Origin: Selaginella moellendorffii | Taxonomy: Eukaryota > Plantae > Lycopodiophyta | Assembly: GCF_000143415.4 (NCBI RefSeq) | Contig: NW_003314366.1 | Coordinates: 540,568 to 604,567, forward strand | Direction: 5' to 3' | DNA: 64,000 bases | Shown: piece after piece, positions 14,044 to 26,188 of the stretch | Position numbering within the stretch: position 1 is the first letter of the stretch | Layout of the letters: each line of letters starts with the position of its first letter | Made by a program: the position numbers and the translations under genes | Notes under the pieces: model-generated | Seen by the model: the letters and a program-made list of their open reading frames with translations, nothing else | Databases searched by the model: none | What the model was told of the DNA's origin: nothing

Positions 14044-16123
14044 ACTTAGCCAAAGGTTTAGGTTCCCCTCTATGGTTATCCTATGGTAAATCACCATAGG
14101 GTAAAGGGTGAAAACCATATTTACTACATTTGGTATTAAAAAATACATCTCAATAAATACTATTCAATGAGATTGGGCAACTAACTTTATTGTATATGCA
14201 AAGATGAAAATGATGATCCAAATGAGTCATAAGATAGATTAAGATGTAATATTTATACGAGTTTGCACTTAGGCTCGTGAATGAGATGCATTAACAACCT
14301 AAGGTTACATCTTGAGTTGGCAAGATTAATGTTAGCCTATCAGTGGTTACCATGAGTTAAACCATATACTATGGGTAAAAGTGCACCTCCCTTGGGTTTG
14401 CTATAAGTGGTGAATAGGCTGGTCTATAGCTATTTAGCATGGCAATAATGGATCCTTCCTAGGCATGATTATGAGTGGATCAATCAAAACTATAGGAATT
14501 AGTCTATTGGTTTAAGTAGTCATTGTTGTACTCTCTTATACACTTTTCTTGGATTGGATAAAAAGGCAATGCAAATGCAAGCTTGAGGTTTGGTCAAACT
14601 TGAGTCCAAAAAAAAGTCAATAGGGATAAAGGATCAAATACATAAATCATTTTCTCTTTTTGGAGAGATGATTTTCAACAAGGTATGATCTCATTATTCA
14701 TATTCATATCATACAATCAAGAATCCTGTAATGGTTTTACAAGTGGTAAGTTATAGGATGGATAATAGTGAAGTGCTAAACCATTTGTGTGAGACACAAA
14801 ATCCCTAGGCCCCAAGGAGGAGCCGAAAGGGTGCCACGTGGTAGTGGCTGAGGCAAAAGCCAAATGAGCGTAACACATTAGCTCTAACTCAAAAAGTTGA
14901 GAGTGGGAGTGGAACTTTTAATGAAGTGTTTGAGGAATGAACATGAAGCGAGCAATAAGTGAGTCTCTAGAAAAGGGACACAAGAGGACCAACACATGAC
15001 ACATGGAAATGTCTAAGATGGAGTCCGAGATGGACCCGAGATGGAGTTCGAGATGGACCCGAGATGGAGTCTGAGATGGACCTGAGATGGAGTCCGAGAT
15101 GGACTCGAGGCGAAGTTTGAGATGGACCTGAGATGGAGTCCGAGATGGACCCGAGATGGAGTTCAAGATGGACCTGAGATGGAGTTTGAGATGGACTTGA
15201 GATGAAGTCCGAGATGGAGTCCGAGAAGGACCCGAGATGGAGTCCGAGATGAACCTAAGATGGACCTGAGATGGATGCAGGATAGAGTCCAAGATGGACC
15301 CGAGATGGAGTCCGAGATGGATGCAGGATAGAGTCCAAGATGGACCTGAGATGGAGTCCGAGATGGACCTGAGATGGAGTCCAAGATGGACCTGAGATGG
15401 AGTCCGAGATGGACCGAGACTGAGATCAAGACCGAGTCCGAGTCCAAATATGAGACCGAGATCGAGTCCGAGAACGAGTCCAAGTCTAAGTTCAAATACT
15501 AATACAGGTTGTTGGGTGAAAGCCCAAAGCAATCATCCCCTGGGGAGGGGGGGTGCTGTAGGGCGTTCCAAAAGTATAGTAGGGAGAGTGTGTGGGGGTT
15601 AGACCCCAGTGGAGCCAATTTGGCCAGGAAGGCTTAGTTTGGCCCAGGAAAGCTGTACCCAAGTGCTGGGTGATGAGATAACCACTAGGAAGTCCAAGGC
15701 TAAAGTAAATACAGACAAGTAGGGTATCTTGGTGAAGTGTTCAAGAGCCGGCTCTAGTTCCCCTAGGAGATCGTATGGTTGATGCTCCCAATCCAAACAT
15801 GGGTGGCACTACCTACTTGGATACTTGGCGTGGCTCAATAGAACCTTGCTCTAAGCCCACGGCTAGAGCACCCAAAGGCGGAAGGTGAGGAGAGTACCCA
15901 TAAGGCTCGCGTAGGGCCACAATTTTCCAAAATATTCCAAAAAATTTCAAAAATCCTGGACTGTGGAAAGGAAGAGGAATAGTCCTCTGGTGTGGTGACC
16001 AAGGATACGATCACACGGTGAGGAAGTCCCAGAGGACAGTGGGACTTGGTGGTCGGGTCTGTGGGCTTGGATCCAATAGCAATATTGGCGAACATGGCTA
16101 TGGATAAAAAGGGACTTGGTGGG

Positions 16124-17274
16124 TGTAAGGAACCAACTCGCCGAGGTGTCGTAGGCTAAGGGAACCCCGAAAGCATGACCAAAATGACAAAGAGTTCATC
16201 GGATGGGACCAAGTCAAAGATCGAGTCCAAGACCGACTCTAGGACCGAGTTCGAGATAGAGTCCGGAATCGAGTCCAAGACCGACTCGGGGACCGAGTTC
16301 GAGTCCGAGTTCAAGACCGAGTTCGAGACGGAGTCCGAGATCCGAAATCGGGTCCGAGACTGAGTCCGAAGTCGAGTCCGAGGTCGGGCCCGAGATCGGG
16401 TCCGAGATCGAGTCCGCGATCGAGTCCGAGACCGAATCCGAAGTCGGATCCGAAATCGGATCCGAGATCGAGCCAGAGACTAAGTCCAAATACTAATACG
16501 GGTCAAGGGGTGAAAGCCCAAAGCGTGCGTCCCCCAGGGGGGGGGGGGGGCTGCAGGGGGTTCCAAAAGTATAGTAGGGATAGTGAGGTCCAGGAACCAG
16601 TTTTGAAGGGACTCTCCAGTTGGGCTTCCAAACCGACTTGAGGTTGGGACTGGGACTAAGGGGCCTTGGGTGGGAGTGAGCGTGGACTTGGCTGGTGCCG
16701 GAGGGGCCATCCAAGGAAGTGCTCAAGAGCAGCTCCCACTCCCGAAAGGGAAACCGATTGCGGTGCTCCCGGCTCATGTGGAGTGGTGCCCCACTTGAGT
16801 ACCATGCGGCTCATTGGTCCTCGCCCTTCCTAGGGGCTTGGGCCTTCCTTCGGGATGGAAGTGGGGGGCGAGAGGTACCCATACCGGGCCGTTAGGCCAC
16901 GGTGTTTCGCCCCGGCGTCCCGAAGCAAGTGTTGCACTCAAGACTTGGGATTTAGAGGGTCCCATGATCAAGTCTTGTGGTACCAAGGGATGTTAGGAAC
17001 CTGGAAGTTTGGTGTGCTTGGCTGCTTGTGCTTGCGGGGAGTGTAGCCGAACCTTAAGTCCAGTCTAACCCGGGGAGGGGGATTGGGAGTGATTTGGGAA
17101 TCCGTGGAAGGATGGCTAACACTCCGTTGCTCGTGCAGTGAGTAGCTGAAACCAAGTAGGAGCTGGTACCATAGGCGAGAACCTTGGCAAGGGAACTTAG
17201 CAAAAGCCAAGGCAGTGTTGGACGGATAGACGAGGTAAGCTGGCAAATTGGAAAGGAAAAATTTGTGGCTTATA
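16124..17274 (+). repeat. A1 5' LTR (contains GAGTCC/GAGATC-based tandem array)
   Basis: Direct repeat of 22511-23658, differing by about five substitutions and poly-G length. Ends TA instead of CA (C>T). Confidence 0.95.
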
Positions 17275-17277
17275 ATT

Positions 17278-17289
17278 TGGTATCGGAGC
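17278..17289 (+). promoter_or_regulatory. Primer-binding site (tRNA-iMet type)
   Basis: TGGTATCGGAGC, 3 nt after the LTR. Confidence 0.9.
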
Positions 17290-20200
17290 CTTTTCCTCAG
17301 TTCTAGCGAAGGATAGAGGCGGATTGCTGGGAGATGGCAAGGGCAGGGCGTAAGCGAACCCAGGCGGAGACGGAACCTCCGCCAGAGCTGGAGCCTCCGG
17401 TCGAACAAGAGGCTATGGATGAGGAATCCTTGCATGAGGAGGACTCCAGTGAGGAAACCTCCAAACAGGAGTCCGGTGGCGAGGTTCGGTCGTCCAAGGC
17501 TCGATTGAACGTGCTAGAAGGACAGTTGGCACAGACCAATGCCCTGCTGGAAACTCTCGTACGCAAGCTAAAGCGTGACGAGAGGCGGAAGAAAAAGAAA
17601 AAGACTGCGGATGCTGGCAGCGCAGAAGGTGCGGATCTTTCGGCCGGGACTGAGGCAAAACCAGACAAGGTCGAACAGACCGAAGTGGAATCAGTCCCTC
17701 AGGCAGTTCCCAAGTACAAACCAAAGCCCCCACCGGTCTTCAAGGGAGTGAATGACTATAAGGTGGTGGAGGATTGGTTTTACGATATGGAGGACTACTT
17801 CCGAGCGTTGCGGTTACCAAGCTCGGAGAAGGTCCCATGTGCAAAACCATACTTGGCAGATAATGCCAAGTCTTGGTGGAGAACAACGGAGGCCAACGAA
17901 GGACCGGTGGTCACTTGGGACATGATGAAGGCGAGGATCCGCGCAACATATGTTCCTCCGAATGCCACTCTGCATCTGAGGGATGAACTGAGTAGGCTGA
18001 AACAGACAGGAACCATCCAGGAATATGTGAATGGGTTCATGGCAAAGAGGATACTTGTCACGGACATGGGGGATATGGATGCGTTCCATGCCTTCATATC
18101 AGGTTTGCAAACCTGGGCTCGCGGCGAGGTGATGAGGTGGAACCCGACCAACTACAAGGAAGCGTTGGATGCGGCCATCAAGGTGCATTTCAACGATAAC
18201 CTGCGAAAGGGGAACACGACGGGGTCGGGATCCACATTTAGCAAAGGGGCCAAACCAAGGGGAACGTATAGCAAGGGGAAATTCAAAAGGAGTTTCTCTA
18301 AGAATGAGTCCTCGGGGTTCCGGAAAGGCAAATCCGGTGGCCAGCGAGCGAGTACGTGGGGGAGTCAAGCGAAAAAGGACAAACCCACGGATAAGAAGGT
18401 CAAGTCGTATAGCAGCGTGGGAAACAACGTATGCTACAACTGCGGCGAAGCGGGACACTTCTCGAGGGAATGTCCCTACCCGAAGAAGGCCAGAGCCAAT
18501 ATGGCCATCAAGTCGGGTGAAGTCCAAACTGAGGTATGTGATCCAGTCCCTAACTCAAAGTTACTCATTACACAAGCAACTTTGGTAGAGAGTCGTTCGC
18601 GACATCTACTAGCCCTCCGAGGGAAGCTCGGAGGTAGCTTTGTTAAAATCCTTATTGACACGGGTGCTTCGGATAATTTTGTGGCTGCAGACATAGTCCG
18701 GCAAGCCGGACTAACGGTGTAGCGGCTAGGCGAACCAAGGACTATAGAGTTTGTTCAGGGTAGCCAAAGCACCGATGAGGTACTTCGACAAGCGAGAGTC
18801 GAAGTGGGGACATGGAAAGTGGACATGGATTTCACCGTCTTGGATATGGCGGGATTTGACGTGATCTTCGGAATGGATTGGTTTAATCGGTTCGTGGTAG
18901 CCCTGCATGGACAAGGTAGGAACCTTGTGGTATTGGCGAATGCCCAAGGAAGAAGATCTAGGGTGGAGGCCCAGGATCTAAAGGTAGGGCAAAGCAAGGC
19001 CAACGAGTCATGCTTGAACCTGGTGTCCACGAGAGGACAACTCACTAAAGGAACTAAGGCAGCCTTTTTGTGCTTACTCTCGGTGAAGAGTGATAAAAAG
19101 ACAAGAACGGAAGAAGTGCCTTTAGTGATCCAGCGAGTGTTGGACCAATTCCAGGATACCATGCCGGAGGAGCTACCGGCGGGGTTGCCCCCCGCACGAC
19201 CGATAGAACATAAGATTGAGCTTGTCGAGGGCGCTGAGGCGGTGGTTCGTCCCCCCTATCGTTTGAACGAAAAAGAACTCAAGGAGCTCAAGTGCCAACT
19301 AGAGGAGTTGGTGGGCAAAGGGTATGTTAGGTTGAGCAAGTCGCCGTATGGGGCGCCGGTATTATTTGTGAAAAAGAAAGATGGATCTATGCGCATGTGC
19401 ATAGATTACCGGTTGCTCAACAAGTATACCAAGAAGAACAAGTACCCGTTGCCAAGGATTGAGGACCTGTTCGATAGGTTGGGAAAGGCAAAATACTTCT
19501 CGAGGATTGACCTAAGGTCAGGATACTACCAGATCAGGGTAGCCGAGGAAGATGTCGAGAAGACAACCTGTCGAACGAGGTATGGGAGCTTTGAGTTTTT
19601 GGTGATGCCCTTTGGGCTGTGCAATGCGCCGGCAACGTTTTCGGCGTTGATGAACCACATCTTTGTACCCTATCTGGATCACTTTGTGGTCATCTATATT
19701 GACGACATCCTGATCTATAGCGAGACGCTAGAGGAGCATGCCGAACACTTGGCGAAGGTGTTTGAGAAACTAAGGGAACATAAACTGTATGCTAAAGAGA
19801 GCAAATGTGACTTTGCTCAGCAAGAGGTAAAGTTTCTCGGGCATGTGGTGGGCCAGGACGAGCTCAAGGTGGACCCGGAGAAGGTCCAAGCGATCCAGGA
19901 ATGGGAGCGACCATCAAATGTACATGAGTTGAGGGCGTTCTTGGGGCTATGCAACTACTATCGAAAGTTTATCAGACACTATTCGAGAGTAGCCCTGCCC
20001 TTAACTGATCGAACGGGAAAAGGGAAGATGGTATGGACAGCGGAAAGCGAGGCGGCATTCGTCCACCTCAAAGGGAAGTTGAGGAAGGCTCCGGTGTTGG
20101 CATTACCGGACTTTGGTAAGGACTTTGAGGTAGACACGGATGCTTCGGACTTTGCGTTAGGCGCAGTTTTGAAGCAAGACAACCATCCAGTAGCGTTCTT

Positions 20201-21207
20201 CTCGAAGAAGCTGGACAAGGCTCAACGGAAGTGGCCTGCCCACGAGAAGGAATTGTTTGCGGTGGTCAAGGCGCTCAAGGAGTGGCGACACTACCTTGGG
20301 AGACACTTCAAGGTTTACACGGACAATGTGGCAACGAAACACTTCTTGTCACAACCCGACCTAAGAGGGAAACAAGGTCGGTGGGCCAATGCCTTGGCCG
20401 AGTTTGATTGCGAGATTCTGTACAAGCCTGGGAAGAGCAACATCGTGGCAGATGCGCTAAGTCGAAAAGTGAGCTTGAGGTTGGCGATCTCCAGCGCAAC
20501 AGCAACCTTCTGGGACGATGTGCGGACAGCATATGAGAACGATGGTCTAGCACAAGAAGTGTTGTTGAGGAATCTGGAGGCACGGGAAGCTCACCAGAGA
20601 GGTGAGCCGCCAACGGAAGAGAAAACGGGCTATGCGGAACACAATGGACTCATTTATTACAAGCAAACGAGGGTGTATGTTCCAGAAGGTGGACTAAGGA
20701 AGGTAGCCTTAGAAGAGTGTCATGACGGACCTCTTGCGGGACACGGCGGAGTGCCCAAGACGATGGGCTTACTCAAGAGGAAGTACCATTGGCCAGATAT
20801 GGCTAAGGACGTCCAAGACTATGTAAAGATATGTCCAACATGTCAGCAGGTCAAAGCCGTGACTAAGGCTAGTGGGGGCTTGTTGCAAAGCATCCCAATT
20901 CCAGATCGTCCGTGGAAATGTCTCACGATGGACTTCATCACGGGACTACCCCCAAGCGAGGGGTTCGATGCGATATTCGTGGTGGTGGATCGATTTTCGA
21001 AGATGGCACATTTCATACCCACCACAACGGAGGTGGATGCGGAAGGTGTGGCGAAACTGTTCTTCGAACAAGTGGTTTGAGTGCGGGGAAGGCCAGAGGA
21101 GATTATCTCAGATCGAGATAAGATCTTCACTAGTAGGTTCTGGAGGACCCTCCTGGAACAGTATCGCACCAAGTTGAAATTCAGCACAGCCTATCACCCA
21201 CAGACAG

Positions 21208-21254
21208 GTATGGGGTATTAAGTCAAGTTTGGTGGTCCTAACACTTCTTGACAG
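21208..21254 (+). other. Spliceosomal intron 1 in A1 integrase (47 bp)
   Basis: GTATGG...CCTAAC...TTGACAG. Removing it restores AYHPQT-D-GQTERVN. Same site in A2 (28591-28637) and A3 (61111-61192). Confidence 0.9.
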
Positions 21255-21672
21255 ACGGACAAACGGAAAGGGTGAATAGGCAGCTGGAGGATTATTTGCG
21301 ATGCTATGTCTCGGGAGACCAGACCGATTGGGTAAGTCATTTGGGACTTGCGGAAATGTGTTATAACAACTCACCACATTCGAGTATCGGGGTGAGTCCA
21401 TGGGAAGTCATCAATGGGCGAGCTATTGAAGGTCCTGTGGAACTCGGCGTGGCCGAGTATCATGGAGAGTTACCCGCAGTGGAGGCATTCACGGCGGAAA
21501 GACTCAACATTTGGAATCTAGTGAGGGATTCCTTGGAACGGGCTCAACAAAGGCAAACCAAGTACGCGAACCTAAAGCGCCGGGACGTAGAGTTCCAAGC
21601 TGGGGAGAAGGTGTGGCTGAACACCAAGAACCTTAGGCTACCAAGTGGGATCAGCCGAAAGTTGACCCAAAG

Positions 21673-21724
21673 GTAAAAATGCATGTAATCCTGTAAATGA
21701 ATTGATCTTGAGTTCCTTAAGCAG
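21673..21724 (+). other. Spliceosomal intron 2 in A1 integrase (52 bp)
   Basis: GTAAAA...TTAAGCAG. Removing it restores KLTQR-FAGPY. Same site in A2 (28121-28172) and A3 (60643-60692). Confidence 0.9.
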
Positions 21725-22496
21725 GTTCGCGGGGCCTTACGAGATTGAGGCACGAATCGGTAAAGTGGCTTACCGACTCCGACTTCCTCGAGAGATGGGG
21801 AAGATGCACCCAGTGTTCCATGTGAACTTACTCAAGCCGTACTTTGAGGATCCGCTTCGCAAGGACCAAGTAAGACCTTTACCTGAGGTTATCCAAGGGG
21901 AAGAGGAATACGAAGTCGAGGCCATCCTCAATGCGCGCAAGAGCAAGCGACAAGGACGCGAGGTGAGAGAGTTCCATGTGAAGTGGAAAGGATTTCCACA
22001 CTGCGAAGCAACATGGGAACCGGAGGAGAACCTAGCGAACGCGCGAGATCTAGTGGAGGAATTTCTGCATGGCAGAACTCTATGTACTTATGCAAAGTTC
22101 AATTAAAAATATCAATTTGCAAAGTTGAGCAAGTGGCATATGTTGGGACCCGAAGGCGCGCCAAAGGTGAGCTAATTAGCATGGGTTAGCTAGGTCGACC
22201 AGGCGTAGGGAGCTACGCCCGACTCCCTGCGGGGATGTCGAAACCGTAGACGTATTCTATGGAGGTTGGGTTCGAGTCCCAACCCCCTAGTAAAGCAAGG
22301 CTGGGTTCAAGTCCCGACCTCATACTAGGGCGTGGTGAGGGGAGGAGTATAGGGACACCTATATTCCGTTGTCATGAGCTCTTGGCCGGGGAGGCTAACT
22401 TAGGCACACCGCTAAGTGGGGGGATGCCCCCGGAGACATGGTCAACAAGTCGTAGGATAAAAAAGAGACGTTCGATGTGGGCATCGAACTTCTTCT

Positions 22497-22510
22497 ATGG
22501 GTGGTGGAGT
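22497..22510 (+). promoter_or_regulatory. Polypurine-tract equivalent
   Basis: ATGGGTGGTGGAGT immediately before the 3' LTR. Identical in families A and B. Confidence 0.8.
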
Positions 22511-23658
22511 TGTAAGGAACCAACTCGCCGAGGTGTCGTAGGCTAAGGGAACCCCGAAAGCATGACCAAAATGACAAAGAGTTCATCGGATGGGACCAAG
22601 TCAAAGATCGAGTCCAAGACCGACTCTAGGACCGAGTTCGAGATAGAGTCCGGAATCGAGTCCAAGACCGACTCGGGGACCGAGTTCGAGTCCGAGTTCA
22701 AGACCGAGTTCGAGACGGAGTCCGAGATCCGAAATCGGGTCCGAGACCGAGTCCGAAGTCGAGTCCGAGGTCGGGCCCGAGATCGGGTCCGAGATCGAGT
22801 CCACGATCGAGTCCGAGACCGAATCCGAAGTCGGATCCGAAATCGGATCCGAGATCGAGCCAGAGACTAAGTCCAAATACTAATACGGGTCAAGGGGTGA
22901 AAGCCCAAAGCGTGCGTCCCCCAGGGGGGGGGGGCTGCAGGGGGTTCCAAAAGTATAGTAGGGATAGTGAGGTCCAGGAACCAGTTTTGAAGGGACTCTC
23001 CAGTTGGGCTTCCAAACCGACTTGAGGTTGGGACTGGGACTAAGGGGCCTTGGGTGGGAGTGAGCGTGGACTTGGCTGGTGCCGGAGGGGCCATCCAAGG
23101 AAGTGCTCAAGAGCAGCTCCCACTCCCGAAAGGGAAACCGATTGCGGTGCTCCCGGCTCATGTGGAGTGGTGCCCCACTTGAGTACCATGCGGCTCATTG
23201 GTCCTCGCCCTTCCTAGGGGCTTGGGCCTTCCTTCGGGATGGAAGTGGGGGGCGAGAGGTACCCATACCGGGCCGTTAGGCCACGGTGTTTCGCCCCGGC
23301 GTCCCGAAGCAAGTGTTGCACTCAAGACTTGGGATTTAGAGGGTCCCATGATCAAGTCTTGTGGTACCAAGGGATGTTAGGAACCTGGAAGCTTGGTGTG
23401 CTTGGCTGCTTGTGCTTGCGGGGAGTGTAGCCGAACCTTAAGTCCAGTCTAACCCGGGGAGGGGGATTGGGAGTGATTTGGGAATCCGTGGAAGGATGGC
23501 TAACACTCCGTTGCTCGTGCAGTGAGTAGCTGAAACCAAGTAGGAGCTGGTACCATAGGCGAGAACCTTGGCAAGGGAACTTAGCAAAAGCCAAGGCAGT
23601 GTTGGACGGATAGACAAGGTAAGCTGGCAAATTGGAAAGGAAAAATTTGTGGCTTACA
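22511..23658 (+). repeat. A1 3' LTR
   Basis: TGTAAGG...CTTACA followed by TSD GTGGG. Confidence 0.95.
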
Positions 23659-26188
23659 GTGGGGACCAAAAAAGGAATATTGGGGAAGGCTACTCCTCAT
23701 GTTTGTGGTCATCCTAAGGATGCTAAAGAGTGGATCTGGGATGACCACTCATGGGCAAATGGCCCAATCTTTGAGAGACAGGATTGTGATGTAGGTGGTG
23801 TTGGATCATTGATATGACAAAGGTGAATAGACATGGCATTAGTGTAACAGACTGATAAATTGGTGGTACCTTTGAGTGTCAGTCATGGGATTGGACATGT
23901 GGAGCACTTGGACCAAGTACAAATGTTGAGTGGCATGGATGCCATTCTTGGGGCTAGCAAGCCCCAAGTCCTAAATAGGACTTATAGAGGTTGTGAATGA
24001 GACTTTTCTAAGTGGTTAAAGGTGTGGTTAAGTGACTAAAGTAGAATGGAAAATTAATCACTTACAATTTGGTCTAGGCTTGATATTAGAAGGATTGGGT
24101 TACAATGTTTAATTTTTTTCTAGGGAACTTTGCTATTACTTCTTGAGTAGCTCGGTGTTGGATTAGTTTCAAATTTGGTCAGAAAAAAAGTGCCATAAGC
24201 TTGTCCATATTACAAATAAAGTTGGTGGTGTTAAGTGTCATAAATCTCTACTGGTGAGTATGATATTTATGTTATATTTTGTCGAATTGAGTTGGCACTT
24301 GATACTCATTTAAATCTTTATAGTAATGATATAGGTGTTGCTCATGGTATTACTTTATTGATGATCAAGTCATTATGATATTTATATCATATCTATGTGA
24401 TCATGAGTAATGTGTTTATGAAGTTGCTTGGTTAAACAATAATCAACCCCAAAGTGCTTGATGGTGAAGTTAATTTACCTGTAAGTAGTAGCATTATAGT
24501 AACTTTGATTGAGTTTTCAGAAATGATCCATTATGCTAAGTTAGTGATGGTACCTTGGTTCCTTGAGTGTTTGCTTATTGAGGTTTTAGAAAATGTTGTA
24601 GCATTCATTTGTTATAATTTGATGTTTTATTTTTAACATTTGGAGTAGATTTTTGGATGGAAAAGGTGTGTAGTTGAGACATTAGAATTGTTAACACTTG
24701 TGTTAGTGAAAGTGGCATTACTATGTCGAGTGATGAGGAATATTCTTTGGAACTTGGTTTTTTATATTATTTTTTTTGTTAATGTTTTGGTACCACATTG
24801 GATATTGAAGGTGATTGAAGAATAGAGTTAGTGCAATATGGATATCCAAAGATATGGTCTTCGTGTTAAAGTTTTTGATATTCATTAGCATACAGATATT
24901 GATGTTAGATAATGGATATGTAGGCATGATATTCAATGTTTAGGCATACTAATAAGTCATAATAATTTATGTTGAGATGAACCGATGTGAAGTTGTAAAT
25001 AGAAAGAAGTTAGTTGAGTCTTGAGAAATTGTATTTCTAGACTAAGAGTCATTCTTTCTCTAGGATGGAAGATTTTCCATAATTTTTTTAAAGTTTTTCC
25101 AATGGCTAATCTATTAATCATTTTGCCCAAAACCCATTTTATTTCATGAGCCTTTACAAACTAATGAAGGGGTTGACTTTGGCTAGCTTAATACAAAAGA
25201 CTAAATTTTCCATTCTACTTTAGTCACTTAACCACACCTCCAGCCATTTACAAAAGTTTTACTCACAACCTTTATAAGTCTTATTTTGGACTTAGGGACA
25301 TACTAACCCTGAGAATGGCATCTATGCCACTCAACCTTTGCACTTGGTCCAAGTGCTCCACATGTCCGATCCCATGACTGACACCCAAAGGTACTATTGA
25401 CATATGCTAAGGCTATGCCCATTCACCTATGTCACACCAGTGATCCAACACCACCTACATCATAGTCCCATTTCTCAAAGACTAGACCATCTATCCATGA
25501 GTGATCATCCTAAATCCCCTTAAATAGAAAAACTTCTCTCAATCTTCACAACCTTAAACATTAAATAGCACCTCCTATCCATTATTTGTTAAGGACTTAG
25601 TCCTTTGGGCTTTATCTAATGCCCTCATGATCCCAAACACCACTCCCTAGTGTTTTAGAGTGTTTATATGTCCCAACGATAACTTTATTTGATAGTGAGC
25701 ATTTCCCTTTATAACATTAAATTACTATATCTCAACATAAGCAATTTATCCTCCGAAAGGGTATACCTAACCTCTTTATCCTAATAACAAGTCTTGGGTA
25801 ATTAACTTCTACCAATCTAATTGATTATTTTGCACCTTTTATTTAATGGCCTCATATTCGTTAAATCCTACAACTCATTACTAGTACTTCCACACCTTTA
25901 TCATTATTTGGGTCACCACACTCTAATCACATGCCTTTCAACTTAGGCTATGCCATTTTCATTTCTATTAGGATTCCTTTGGTAAAGGGTTCTTATGAAC
26001 CCACTCACTTGACCTCAAGGCATCACATCTTGGCATATTTGGTATCACCACACTATCGGCTCTACAAGCCTACCTTTACAACACTTCCCACTTGTGTTTA
26101 GGTCTTTGCCAAGACCAAAGCAGTTATTTCTCATGCTAACTATTAGTTAATACTGCACTATAGTGTAGGGTATACTATACCCTAAACC

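Larger units (their letters stand above)
17334..22106 (+). pseudogene. A1 Gag-Pol polyprotein (Gag-CCHC, protease, RT, RNase H, integrase, chromodomain), two introns, two premature stops
   Basis: Motifs CYNCGEAGHFSREC, LIDTGAS, YIDD, DTDASD, H-H-C-C (HDGPLAGH...CPTC), [19 protein letters not shown] and chromodomain YEVEAIL...KWKGF..ATWEPEENL. Stops are TAG 18720-22 (CAG in A2) and TGA 21078-80 (CGA in A2). Confidence 0.95.
16124..23658 (+). mobile_element. Full-length Ty3/Gypsy chromovirus (Tcn1-like), copy A1
   Basis: Near-identical LTRs 16124-17274 and 22511-23658, TSD GTGGG, PBS and PPT present, gag-PR-RT-RH-IN-chromodomain order. Confidence 0.97.
14788..24066 (+). mobile_element. Family B solo LTR split by insertion of A1
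   Basis: Starts TGTGAGACAC and ends CACTTACA, with TSD ATTTG on both sides. The pieces are 14788-16123 and 23664-24066. Confidence 0.85.

Noticed and set aside
18720-18722. Programmed readthrough or RNA editing at the A1 stop after the protease motif
   Set aside because: A2 has CAG here and its own stop elsewhere. The stops are copy-specific C>T mutations.
22264-22315. tRNA gene
   Set aside because: Only T-arm-like hairpins. No D-arm/A-box, anticodon arm or acceptor stem was seen.
23930-23946. GTGGCATGGATGCCAT in B LTRs (also ~59240) as copies of the Sola palindrome
   Set aside because: The arms are similar but the spacer is much shorter than in the 22-bp motif. Treated as coincidence.
24067-24075. 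ATTTGGT after the B LTR as a PBS of a full element
   Set aside because: ATTTG is the TSD (also at 14783-87), and no B internal sequence follows.
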